Origin: a virus
Taxonomy: Duplodnaviria > Caudoviricetes
Length of the DNA: 53,388 bases
Strand: one strand, 5' to 3'
Virus record (IMG/VR): IMGVR_UViG_3300015245_000011
Span: 1 to 53,388 of that record
Of the stretch, positions 45,480 through 53,388 are shown piece by piece; the stretch's first letter is position 1; each line of letters opens with the position of its first letter. Position numbers and translations under genes: made by a program. Below the pieces are notes generated by a model. It was not told the DNA's origin. It was given only the letters and a program-made list of their open reading frames with translations, and searched no databases.

Positions 45480-46781
45480 ATGCCACGACTTTCAAGTCCC
45501 GATCCGCAGATTGACGCGCTGCTCGCCACCAGCGCCCTGGTGGAAGTGGCCTTGCAAGCCTTTATCGATGAAGGGAAATTTACCACCCGGCGTATTTTGC
45601 CAGGCTTCTGGCAAAAGTTCCTGGCCTCGCCGCATGGAGCACCGTGGCAAGACGGAAAGCTGGAAAAGGAGCATATACCGGAGCCGGGCACACCTATCAA
45701 ACTCACCTGTAACAACGGCCTATGTTTAGAAGTCGCCTACTGTCCAGAATGCGGCAAGTGTCATCACCATTGTCCCGGGCATCGTCTCGTCACACCTCCA
45801 AGCCTTTCCCCTACCCCTCCGCAAGACGATCTCTTTGACCTTCTGGCGCGGGGCCTGCAAGATCGGCTCAAGCCTGGCGCCACGGCGTTGGACGAAGATC
45901 GCGTCCAGGCGCTCATTCACCAGGCATTGGCGGACGAACGCGCCAAGCACCGCTACACCATCGTCACGCGTTCTATTGACGAGAAACAGATACGTGTCAC
46001 GCCTACCGATCTCCCGATGCCCCGCTGGTTCCCCCGCGTCTACAAACAAGCCCTATGCCGGGTCCACACGTTGCTTGTGGGGCCACGGGGCTGCGGGAAA
46101 ACGGTGACGGGCGAGTTGCTGGCACAGGCGTTAGCGCTGCCCCTGTACACCATTTCGCTCTCAGCGGGAGTGAGCGAAGGCGTCCTGCAGGGCTGGTTGC
46201 ATCCGTCCAAAGCGGGGTTGCTCTTTGAATATAATCGTTCGTCTTTTGTGCGGGCCTACGAAGAAGGCGGTGTCGTATTGCTGGATGAACTCGACGCGGC
46301 GGATCCCAATATGTTGATGATTCTCAACGCGGCACTCAGTAATAGCCACTGGGAGATTCCGCTCAGGGGCGAGCATGCCGCACCGCTGGTCAGACACCAG
46401 GATTTTGTGTGTCTCGCCGCTGCCAACACCAAAGGACACGGGGCTGACCGCGTCTATGTTGGCCGCAACCAGTTGGACGGGGCGACCCTCGATCGTTTTG
46501 CGATGGGCCGCCTGACAGTGGATTACGATGAGGCGATGGAAATAAGCGCCTACGACAAGGCTACTGTCACGTTTGGGCAGCGTCTACGCGCCAGATGCCG
46601 CGCCCAGCAAGGATGGACGCGGGATGTCTCAACTCGCAACATTGCGGACGCCTGCAAGTTACAGCAACAACTGAGCTTAGAGGAAAGTTGGTACAACTAT
46701 TTTGAAGATTGGGAAGACACGCACTGTGAGCAAGTTGGTGCGGTGCGAGACCGTGACCGCATGCGTGTCACGTTGGAATGA
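45480..46781 (+). CDS. MoxR/CobS-like AAA+ ATPase
   Basis: GPRGCGKT, LLDELDAA, AAANT.G.GAD..YVGRNQLDGATLDRF. Confidence 0.9.
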   Translation: MPRLSSPDPQIDALLATSALVEVALQAFIDEGKFTTRRILPGFWQKFLASPHGAPWQDGKLEKEHIPEPGTPIKLTCNNGLCLEVAYCPECGKCHHHCPGHRLVTPPSLSPTPPQDDLFDLLARGLQDRLKPGATALDEDRVQALIHQALADERAKHRYTIVTRSIDEKQIRVTPTDLPMPRWFPRVYKQALCRVHTLLVGPRGCGKTVTGELLAQALALPLYTISLSAGVSEGVLQGWLHPSKAGLLFEYNRSSFVRAYEEGGVVLLDELDAADPNMLMILNAALSNSHWEIPLRGEHAAPLVRHQDFVCLAAANTKGHGADRVYVGRNQLDGATLDRFAMGRLTVDYDEAMEISAYDKATVTFGQRLRARCRAQQGWTRDVSTRNIADACKLQQQLSLEESWYNYFEDWEDTHCEQVGAVRDRDRMRVTLE

Positions 46782-46826
46782 CACGAGTGGGGGAGCCACG
46801 TCTTCCCCATAAGGAGCCCCCCCCCC

Positions 46827-47045
46827 ATGCCGAAAGTACACATGCGCGTTGAGTATTTGCAAGTGTCCTTTGGAGGCGTCGTGGCCCTGTACTACACCGC
46901 CTGTGGTCGATTACTCAAGAACAAGCCACACGGGCGAACGATCGCTGACGTCACCTGTCTCTCTTGTAAACGCACCAGTTACGCCGCTCGGTGGCGTCAC
47001 TACCACAAGGAGCCCCCATGCTCACCTTCTACTACGCAAGTCTAG
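46827..47045 (+). CDS. small Cys-containing protein
   Basis: SD AAGGAG; TACG...VTCLSC. Confidence 0.55.
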   Translation: MPKVHMRVEYLQVSFGGVVALYYTACGRLLKNKPHGRTIADVTCLSCKRTSYAARWRHYHKEPPCSPSTTQV

Positions 47046-47887
47046 GCGCCATGATAGACGCGGTGGAAGCCACGCCGCGAGACTCGAGTACTGGCGTCTA
47101 TCTCCACCAGGGCGCCAGTGGCTCGACCAGCACAAATAACAATACCTTCTACGGCCGTCCCCTGGCCTCGATGGTGGCGGACTGCCGCGCTATGCTGCCG
47201 TTTAGTGGAGCGATCAATGATATTGAAGCGATGGCCAAAGAGCTTACCGCCCGCCTACCACCGCCGCGCAGCGTCAAACGCCGGCGTGTCCGCGCGGAAG
47301 TCGGAGACCATCCGGACACTGATAGGATGCTCCGCGGCGATCTCGCCCATGCCTGGGTGACCACGCGGAAGCTTCTCCACGATGATCCGACCGCTCTCAC
47401 CACCATTATCCTTCCCGTCGCCTATGCCAGTACCACGCCGCACACCACGATCTACTGGACTATGGCGGCAACACTCGCGCTCGCCTGGCTCCTGGAAGAC
47501 TCGGGACGGCGAACCTGTCTTGTCTCGCTGGAGTACTGTGTGCTGACGGGTGTGAGCCCCACCACGGAGTTCTCGTCCGTCACTGTTCTGAAGGCCCACG
47601 AGGCGCCCTGGAGTCTCCAGGAAGCCATCATCACCACCGACAGAGCCTATCTCCGTCGCCTGGTCTTTCGTCTCCAGGATTGTCTGCCGACGCCGCCAGA
47701 CCTAGGGTATGGCTACGTGCCCAGTCGGGGAGCATTGCAAGAGCATATTGCGTGGTGTTCGCAAGAATATGACTGGAGACACGTCATCACCGGAGCGCAT
47801 CCGCAACACGATCACATCAGGGACAGAAGCAATGCACTCGCCTGGATACAGGCGCAGCTGACGAGTCTCGAAGCCGTCGCACTCTAA
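47018..47887 (+). CDS. VWA-like partner of the AAA ATPase (CobT-like)
   Basis: GDHPDTDRMLRG...ALAWLLEDSGRR...VLK...LRRLVFR...GYG; adjacent to the MoxR ATPase. Confidence 0.6.
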   Translation: MLTFYYASLGAMIDAVEATPRDSSTGVYLHQGASGSTSTNNNTFYGRPLASMVADCRAMLPFSGAINDIEAMAKELTARLPPPRSVKRRRVRAEVGDHPDTDRMLRGDLAHAWVTTRKLLHDDPTALTTIILPVAYASTTPHTTIYWTMAATLALAWLLEDSGRRTCLVSLEYCVLTGVSPTTEFSSVTVLKAHEAPWSLQEAIITTDRAYLRRLVFRLQDCLPTPPDLGYGYVPSRGALQEHIAWCSQEYDWRHVITGAHPQHDHIRDRSNALAWIQAQLTSLEAVAL

Positions 47888-47977
47888 CCAGAGTCCCCGC
47901 AGTTACTAGTAGCTGGCAACCGCGTATGCGCAACGCTAGTGGCTGTGGGGCATACAGAACAACGAGGAAAGATTCCC

Positions 47978-48166
47978 ATGGCTACACCGCTGTCGAAAAC
48001 AGAGATACACCGTACCGTTGATACACTGATTGTTCTCGTCTCCGCTGCAAGGCATACAACAGGCGTCGACCAGCAAGAAACATTTAACGTCATCTTCGAG
48101 ACCTTAGCACGCCTACAGGGCCATCTCTACGACGATATCAGCCACGAACTGCCACATCACGAGTAA
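47978..48166 (+). CDS. hypothetical protein
   Basis: SD GAGG. Confidence 0.5.
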   Translation: MATPLSKTEIHRTVDTLIVLVSAARHTTGVDQQETFNVIFETLARLQGHLYDDISHELPHHE

Positions 48167-48177
48167 AGGAGCCATTC

Positions 48178-49008
48178 ATGCATCCACGACTCATCAAAAT
48201 AGCCGTCCCAAAGGTCACACTCGCCGATCGTGACCGCGTCTCCAACTGGCTGCGCTGCCTTGAAAAAGAGGCACTGCTGCCCAAGGAACGGGGCACCCCC
48301 GATGCCATGCGAGTAGCAATCGCGTATGTCCTGAGAGACTGGAGTAGCTGGAAAGGCGACGATGGCACCGTCTACCGCGCTATTGCCGCGGCGCCTACCG
48401 AACAGAAGGGCTTGATGCTCAACATTAACGTGCAAGTCCGCAAGCCTGACGGTGTGCAGTATAGCGAGACGGTGTGCACGCTCAGTGGCGATGAAGGCGA
48501 CGCACCACAGCGGACTGGCCACTACCCGCTGCCAGAGTTTCGCGCCTTGTATGAAGACCTGGAACCCTGGAAGCTCAAAGACTTAGGCACCAACTGTCTC
48601 TTTGATCACGACCTGCGCAATATCGCGGAAGACCTCCTCGAAGGGTCTGTGGATAAATTGTGGAAAGGCGTGTGGCTCTGCCTTGGCAACGCCCCGGCCC
48701 TGGAAGAGGTCGCCACCCTGGGCACACTTGTGAGTAGCGGCAGTGTGACTCTTTCGACCCTTACCCTGGATCAAAGTGAGGCAAATCGCCTGATGCTCGC
48801 GGACGAACTGGCGAAGGAGTATCTGGGCAAGTTGGAACGACTCACGAAGCGCCTGGCACTGCCCAGGCCCAACCTGGAGGCGATTGAGCGGGACTACATG
48901 GCGATATGTGTCCGTATTCGCCAGGCTGAAGAGATGTTAGGGGTCAAAATCCCGTGTCTCAATGAGCAGATTGCGTTTGAAGAAGTGCTGGCCACTACGC
49001 CGGCGTGA
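48178..49008 (+). CDS. hypothetical protein
   Basis: SD AAGGAG; 276 aa. Confidence 0.7.
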   Translation: MHPRLIKIAVPKVTLADRDRVSNWLRCLEKEALLPKERGTPDAMRVAIAYVLRDWSSWKGDDGTVYRAIAAAPTEQKGLMLNINVQVRKPDGVQYSETVCTLSGDEGDAPQRTGHYPLPEFRALYEDLEPWKLKDLGTNCLFDHDLRNIAEDLLEGSVDKLWKGVWLCLGNAPALEEVATLGTLVSSGSVTLSTLTLDQSEANRLMLADELAKEYLGKLERLTKRLALPRPNLEAIERDYMAICVRIRQAEEMLGVKIPCLNEQIAFEEVLATTPA

Positions 49009-49126
49009 GGCAAGGAAACCTCTGTGGAATCATCCCCCTGCGCGTTACCTCAGGGGGATAATCCACTCTAAACGCAGTTCAGCTTCAATCTGAGGAGAGC
49101 GCCTAGTATACAGAAAGGAGAAGTGC

Positions 49127-49306
49127 GTGGCAACACCAATAAGTGCCGTCGAAGCAGAATGCCGCTTGAGTATCGGCGTGGCCTACGCCGCATGGCTCTG
49201 GGGCCCAGACAGCGACGGGTTTTTTAGCGCGCAGGCCTACGACGAGATACTCGGATTTCACCTCGTGGACTACGAGCGGGCCATGGGGCTCGATCTCCCA
49301 TGCTAA
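49127..49306 (+). CDS. paralogous microprotein 1 (59 aa)
   Basis: SD AAGGAG, GTG start; MATPISAVEAECRLSIGVAYAAW...DYERAMGLDLPC. Confidence 0.75.
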   Translation: MATPISAVEAECRLSIGVAYAAWLWGPDSDGFFSAQAYDEILGFHLVDYERAMGLDLPC

Positions 49307-49321
49307 GAGAGGGCCACGATC

Positions 49322-49489
49322 ATGAGCCACATCGAAGAAGAATGCCGCTACGCTATTGCCGTGGCGTATGCCGAGTGGTGCTGGGCGCACGGGAGTAAAG
49401 GGCTGTTCAGTGTCTATGCAGCGGATAGTGATGTCGGCCTCAACTTGCTGGAGTATGAACGGGCCCTGGGGCTCGATCCACCGCTCTAA
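49322..49489 (+). CDS. paralogous microprotein 2 (55 aa)
   Basis: SD GAGG; MSHIEEECRYAIAVAYAEW...EYERALGLDPPL. Confidence 0.75.
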   Translation: MSHIEEECRYAIAVAYAEWCWAHGSKGLFSVYAADSDVGLNLLEYERALGLDPPL

Positions 49490-49502
49490 AAAGGGGACAC
49501 CT

Positions 49503-49652
49503 ATGGCAGCACCAATGAGTCTGGTCGAACACGCCTGCCGCCTGAGTATCGTGATTGCCTATGCCGAATGGTTTCTGGCACGCCATAAGGGCATTGTGAC
49601 GGAAGACTTTGTGGCCTACGAACGGGCGCTTGGGTTAGAACCGCCGTTTTAG
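49503..49652 (+). CDS. paralogous microprotein 3 (49 aa)
   Basis: SD AAGGGG; MAAPMSLVEHACRLSIVIAYAEW...AYERALGLEPPF. Confidence 0.75.
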   Translation: MAAPMSLVEHACRLSIVIAYAEWFLARHKGIVTEDFVAYERALGLEPPF

Positions 49653-49677
49653 AAAGGGGACAAGAACAACAAAGTCC

Positions 49678-49706
49678 TAGACACAAGGGGACTAGGGTGG
49701 TAGAGT
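49678..49706 (+). promoter_or_regulatory. promoter of the replication module
   Basis: TAGACA-17 nt-TAGAGT with extended -10 TGn. Confidence 0.55.
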
Positions 49707-49812
49707 AGAGGCTCTTGCGTTACCAAGGCGCGGCTAGGTTGATCACCGAACGCTGGAATTTCCCGCCAGCTGCCGCGCCTCTATCATCAGGGAAACGTGA
49801 AGGGAACACGTC

Positions 49813-50403
49813 ATGCCAGCTTCTCCCTATGCTGCTATCTGGGAACACTCTCGTTGTAGAAATAGTGAACTACTGCTCTTGCTTGCCATTGCTGATGACG
49901 CTGATGCTGATGGGATAGCCCGTTGTTCTGTCGCATCGCTCTCCCGTAAATCTAGACTGAGTTCTCGCCAGGTACAACGCCTGCTCCGCGTGCTCGAAAA
50001 AAAAGGCGAGATCTTCACTACCGCCGATGGCCGCCCCGGGAAACCCAACATCTACACGGTGACGTTTACGGTGTCAGGGGTGACATCTGAGGTGTCAGGG
50101 GTGACACCGAGGGCAAAGGCCTCTTCTCTTAGTGATGAAACCTGGCCTGGACTACGTGACTTGATCCTCAGTTTTGGACTACCTCTTGAGTATCTGGACG
50201 ATGACAACTGGTGGAACGCAACCAGTCATGCCGTCGGTGGTATCAATATGCAGGTTCTGGATAAAGAGTTTGGTAAGATCGAGGCGTATCTCATCGAACA
50301 CCCGCGCAAACGTCCGCAGCCACGCGGCTGGAAACGTTTTGTCCGCACGTGGCTGCAACGCGCTTACGAATACGAAAGGAAATATCATGGCCGCTCCGCT
50401 TAG
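49813..50403 (+). CDS. HTH replication initiator-like protein
   Basis: LLLLAIADDA...SVASLSRKSRLSSRQVQRLLRVLEKKG...NIY; DNA repeat GGTGTCAGGGGTGACA twice in mid-gene; C-terminal WKRFVRTWL. Confidence 0.75.
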   Translation: MPASPYAAIWEHSRCRNSELLLLLAIADDADADGIARCSVASLSRKSRLSSRQVQRLLRVLEKKGEIFTTADGRPGKPNIYTVTFTVSGVTSEVSGVTPRAKASSLSDETWPGLRDLILSFGLPLEYLDDDNWWNATSHAVGGINMQVLDKEFGKIEAYLIEHPRKRPQPRGWKRFVRTWLQRAYEYERKYHGRSA

Positions 50404-51031
50404 AGACCGCACTGGCGACCCGCTAGACGATCAACGCCACCCTCAAACTGGCCACTCATCCTCAGGTCCCCCACGCTGTGCTGATTGCCTCCTTGCCGAC
50501 CCGCAAGAACGCACTAGGCATCATCTACGCTGGCTTATGGAGCATGGACTTCAGTCGTTTGGGAACCACGTTACTATGCAGTTCGTCACCTTACGAGAGC
50601 CTGGCAAAAAGCGCCAAGATAGCGCCGACACGCTCATAGTCTGGGCGAACAACCTCTTGCAGCAGTATAGCGGTATGGCGCATCCTGACGATGGGCACCA
50701 GATGCTCTGGTGGGAAGCCCGTCAGTGGATGATGGAGCACCGTCACGGCGCAGATCCCCGTGTGCGGAACGAACGAAAACTTGTGCATCTCGAACACAAG
50801 CGTCTCTTAGGCGCCAGGTATCGTCCGCCGTGTATCCACGGGGCCCAGGAAGATCCTCGTTGGCCCAATAGTGCGTGCGATCCAGAGCTCTGTGATGGCG
50901 TGTTTGTTGGCGTAGCTACGGCTGTAGCACCGCATGTTACGCCACCGCTTGAACATCTGCAGCCTATGATCCACCGCGTCACGGCGCATCTCGCCACCGA
51001 GCCGGGTGACGATGACCCGCTGGCGATATAA
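50387..51031 (+). CDS. hypothetical protein
   Basis: SD AAGGA; overlaps the initiator gene. Confidence 0.6.
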   Translation: MAAPLRDRTGDPLDDQRHPQTGHSSSGPPRCADCLLADPQERTRHHLRWLMEHGLQSFGNHVTMQFVTLREPGKKRQDSADTLIVWANNLLQQYSGMAHPDDGHQMLWWEARQWMMEHRHGADPRVRNERKLVHLEHKRLLGARYRPPCIHGAQEDPRWPNSACDPELCDGVFVGVATAVAPHVTPPLEHLQPMIHRVTAHLATEPGDDDPLAI

Positions 51032-51032
51032 G

Positions 51033-51377
51033 ATGAGCCCAACGCAGCTGCGCATGGCCCGTGCCGCACTTGCCCTCAGCGCGCGGGCCCTTGGCAAGGC
51101 GGTGGGCGTCTCCGCTATGGCGATTAGCCGCTATGAACACGGGGATACGGCTGTCATGTCTATGGCGACGGTCATCCGTCTCACGGCCTGGTTTGAGGCG
51201 CAGCGCGTGTATTGCGGTCCCAAGGACGGGGTGTGTTGTCGGGCGAACGTGTTTGCGAGCGAGCGCTGGCTAGGACTGGCGTGCTATCAACTCCTCCTGG
51301 AGCACGGCATACAGCCCAGTAGCGCGGACTTGCTTGCGGCTGGCGACCGGGCGAAAGGAGCGCGCGATGTTCAATGA
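51033..51377 (+). CDS. Xre-family HTH regulator
   Basis: QLRMARAALALSARALGKAVGVSAMAISRYEHG. Confidence 0.85.
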   Translation: MSPTQLRMARAALALSARALGKAVGVSAMAISRYEHGDTAVMSMATVIRLTAWFEAQRVYCGPKDGVCCRANVFASERWLGLACYQLLLEHGIQPSSADLLAAGDRAKGARDVQ

Positions 51378-51774
51378 TCGGCCCGTCGAGGATCCGCGCC
51401 TGCAAGAAGCGCTGCAGGCGATGCAGCTCCTGTGCCGGGAATACGATCTTGCCGGCGCTATTATGCTGGTGAGCGAGCACGAGGCCGCGTTTACCTATCC
51501 GATCTATACGACCTGGAATGCGGTGGTTGAGGACGAGACCCTGCCGCTGGGGTTTCGCTTTCGTCTCAAAACCGCCGAGCAAGGCCCCGAGCGTGCCAAA
51601 GACCTCGCACTTGGGACGGGCCATATGCTGCATCAGCTCAAAGACTTTGGGGCCCAGACCCAACTGTGGATGGGCGATTTATTGCGTCTGTTGCGGCAAG
51701 CCGGGATGCGTTTTACCCATGTCCCCTTTAACGGCCGTAAGCTGCCCAGACTGACCAATGAACCTCCACACTGA
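51367..51774 (+). CDS. hypothetical protein
   Basis: SD AAGGAG. Confidence 0.7.
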   Translation: MFNDRPVEDPRLQEALQAMQLLCREYDLAGAIMLVSEHEAAFTYPIYTTWNAVVEDETLPLGFRFRLKTAEQGPERAKDLALGTGHMLHQLKDFGAQTQLWMGDLLRLLRQAGMRFTHVPFNGRKLPRLTNEPPH

Positions 51775-51800
51775 TCCGCTCGCCATCTGAGGTATAGGCA

Positions 51801-52004
51801 ATGAAACGCTATCCCAACCATGACTGTGCATGTGATGATACGGACCTTAGCCTGGCGCAGGCGATCGGCGACTGGCGTGATGGTTCCAAGGTACTGATTA
51901 CCTGTGGCAAAGGACACCGCAGGGCGATTAGCCGCGCGCTCTGGGAAACGGAGCTTGAGCGGCGGTATCAGGTTTTTCGTGCAACCGATCCCCTCACGCA
52001 CTAA
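51801..52004 (+). CDS. hypothetical protein
   Basis: SD GAGG. Confidence 0.55.
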   Translation: MKRYPNHDCACDDTDLSLAQAIGDWRDGSKVLITCGKGHRRAISRALWETELERRYQVFRATDPLTH

Positions 52005-52014
52005 GGAACTCTCT

Positions 52015-52206
52015 ATGTCTATCGTCCGTGGTACCCGTCATCCAATCGGCACCTGGCGCGTCTGCCCGCAGTGCCGCGAATTCTACTCACACGCCAAGCC
52101 CTGCTCTTGTCGTTGGCAGGAGAGTCTCCAGCGAAGCGAAAGACTCTTGCCGGCTTTACAAGCGCTCCTGGTGTCTGTACGGAGGTGGTGGCATGGCGAC
52201 ACCTAA
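52015..52206 (+). CDS. small Cys-rich protein
   Basis: SD AAGGA; CPQC...CSC. Confidence 0.5.
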   Translation: MSIVRGTRHPIGTWRVCPQCREFYSHAKPCSCRWQESLQRSERLLPALQALLVSVRRWWHGDT

Positions 52207-52426
52207 ACCGCGTATCAAAGTGAAACCGCTCGTCCTCCAACCAGGGCACTGTCCCACGTGTGGCCATCTCCTGGTCGAAGTCGTGACGAGCGCTGGCGAA
52301 GTGCTGTTACTCGACACAATCGCCCCGGCAGTCTGGGTGCTCTCAGGTCGAGAAACCCCGGAAGGAAGACCGCTGGCTGTCCCGAGCAGAGGCTATGTTG
52401 TCCACCAGGAGCCGTGCCGTGGCTGA
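52193..52426 (+). CDS. small Zn-ribbon protein
   Basis: SD GGAGG; CPTC...HQEPC. Confidence 0.55.
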   Translation: MATPKPRIKVKPLVLQPGHCPTCGHLLVEVVTSAGEVLLLDTIAPAVWVLSGRETPEGRPLAVPSRGYVVHQEPCRG

Positions 52427-52862
52427 GATACACTTCCAGGGCCGCACGTATAAAGTGGGCGGTGATGCTCGCCACGAGGATGTAACGCTTCCCGACTGGT
52501 TCCCGGCCTCTGTGCATACGAGCTGGCGCGAGAGCCTCGAAGCGTGGGGACCCTCCAGAACTTACGGCCGGGTATACCGTAATCAGGGCGAAGGCTTGCT
52601 ATTACTGGTTTCCTGTGCACGCTACAGTGACGCGCAGCGCTGGCTGCATCTTTCCGTCACCAGACGTGATGGGAAGATACCGACCTGGGAACAGATGAGT
52701 CAGGTGAAGCGCGTCTTTATCGGCGATGAACGTACTGCCTATCAGGTGATGCCACCGAAGAGTAAACATGTCAATATGCACAAAGCGTGTTTGCATCTGT
52801 ATAGCTGTGTGGATCTCGATAGCTACCTGCCAGACTTTACAGCGGGAGGAGAAACCATCTGA
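52419..52862 (+). CDS. conserved phage protein of unknown function
   Basis: WLHLSV...PTWEQMSQVK...HVNMHKACLHLY; SD AGGAG before GTG. Confidence 0.7.
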   Translation: MAEIHFQGRTYKVGGDARHEDVTLPDWFPASVHTSWRESLEAWGPSRTYGRVYRNQGEGLLLLVSCARYSDAQRWLHLSVTRRDGKIPTWEQMSQVKRVFIGDERTAYQVMPPKSKHVNMHKACLHLYSCVDLDSYLPDFTAGGETI

Positions 52863-53388
52863 TGGAACTCGACGGACTCAATATCATCTGCCTTGATTTG
52901 GAATGCCTCCGCAGTCCAGACGATTGCCGCTACTGTGGCAAACCACCTGAACAGTGCCAAGGGCCCCTGCGTATTCCGCCGGTACTTCCCCATGGTTTTG
53001 TCAAGATTGGCTGGGAGAACAAGCCGGCCCTGGGACTCTCCATCGGCTGTTACTACGCCTACGGGGATAGTCGTCTGCACTTTTTTGACCGCCACACCCT
53101 GGAAGACACCATAACCTCCTTCGTAGAAATGGCTTGTCTGCTCGTGAGTTTCAACGGGATAAGCTTCGACTTCTCGCTGATGCGTGGACTCCTCAGGCAA
53201 GAAGCGGACGCGCTCCGGCTCTCAGAGTCCGACGCGGATCTCTTTCGGAGTGGGGTGCTGGTCGAGTTGTGCGATCGGTTCAAGGATCTCTGCGCGGTGT
53301 CCTACGATATCCTGGCTGAAATCTGGCGCGCAGACCCTCAGGGCAAGTTTGAGCGCGGGGTGAACTCCCTGGACGCGATTAGTCAGGC
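52862..53388 (+). CDS. RNase H-like DEDD 3'-5' exonuclease, 5' part (continues across the junction to 294)
   Basis: ATG at 52862 overlaps the upstream stop (TGATG); reads MELDGLNIICLDLECLR...VSFNGISFDF...YDILAEIW, containing ExoI DxE and ExoII N-x3-FD motifs. Confidence 0.8.
   Translation, partial: MELDGLNIICLDLECLRSPDDCRYCGKPPEQCQGPLRIPPVLPHGFVKIGWENKPALGLSIGCYYAYGDSRLHFFDRHTLEDTITSFVEMACLLVSFNGISFDFSLMRGLLRQEADALRLSESDADLFRSGVLVELCDRFKDLCAVSYDILAEIWRADPQGKFERGVNSLDAISQ
53312..53388. repeat. 77-bp exact terminal overlap (copy 2)
   Basis: Identical to 1-77; 77 is a common assembler k-mer size. Confidence 0.97.

Noticed and set aside
1-53388. Alternative genetic code or diversity-generating retroelement
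   Set aside because: Genes are intact under the standard code, and no reverse transcriptase or TR/VR pair was seen

Overview
The window is an apparently complete, circularly assembled genome (about 53,311 bp) of a tailed dsDNA phage with podovirus-like gene content. The first 77 nt recur exactly at 53312-53388, and an exonuclease gene runs in frame across this junction. Two divergent arms meet at a roughly 1.6 kb mostly non-coding control region (41077-42672). The + strand early/replication arm (42673 through the junction to 4139) carries many small ORFs, DUF4326, a SWIM protein, a MoxR-type AAA ATPase with a VWA-like partner, an HTH replication initiator, an Xre regulator, a DEDD exonuclease, a putative annealing protein, VRR-NUC and an antirepressor-like gene. 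The - strand late arm (41076 down to 4158) carries two RepL-like proteins, terminase, a clear Tad1 immune-signal sponge, portal, scaffold, major capsid, an HNH nuclease, three glycosyltransferases, tail tube proteins, a tailspike, internal virion proteins and fibres; a second HNH lies antisense within it. Best novel candidate: two separately promoted ~95-nt antisense small-RNA genes (20966-21062 and 35161-35253) that share only a CRISPR-repeat 3' half (CCCTGGAAGGGATTGAAAC) inside a common fold, i.e. candidate RNA anti-CRISPRs or crRNA mimics. Also notable: a ~470-nt highly structured RNA behind a near-consensus promoter, three tandem paralogous microproteins, fibre/spike proteins with Sec-type signal peptides alongside a glycosylation cluster, and no recognisable endolysin or integrase. 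All family calls come from motif recognition by eye; no database search or folding program was run.
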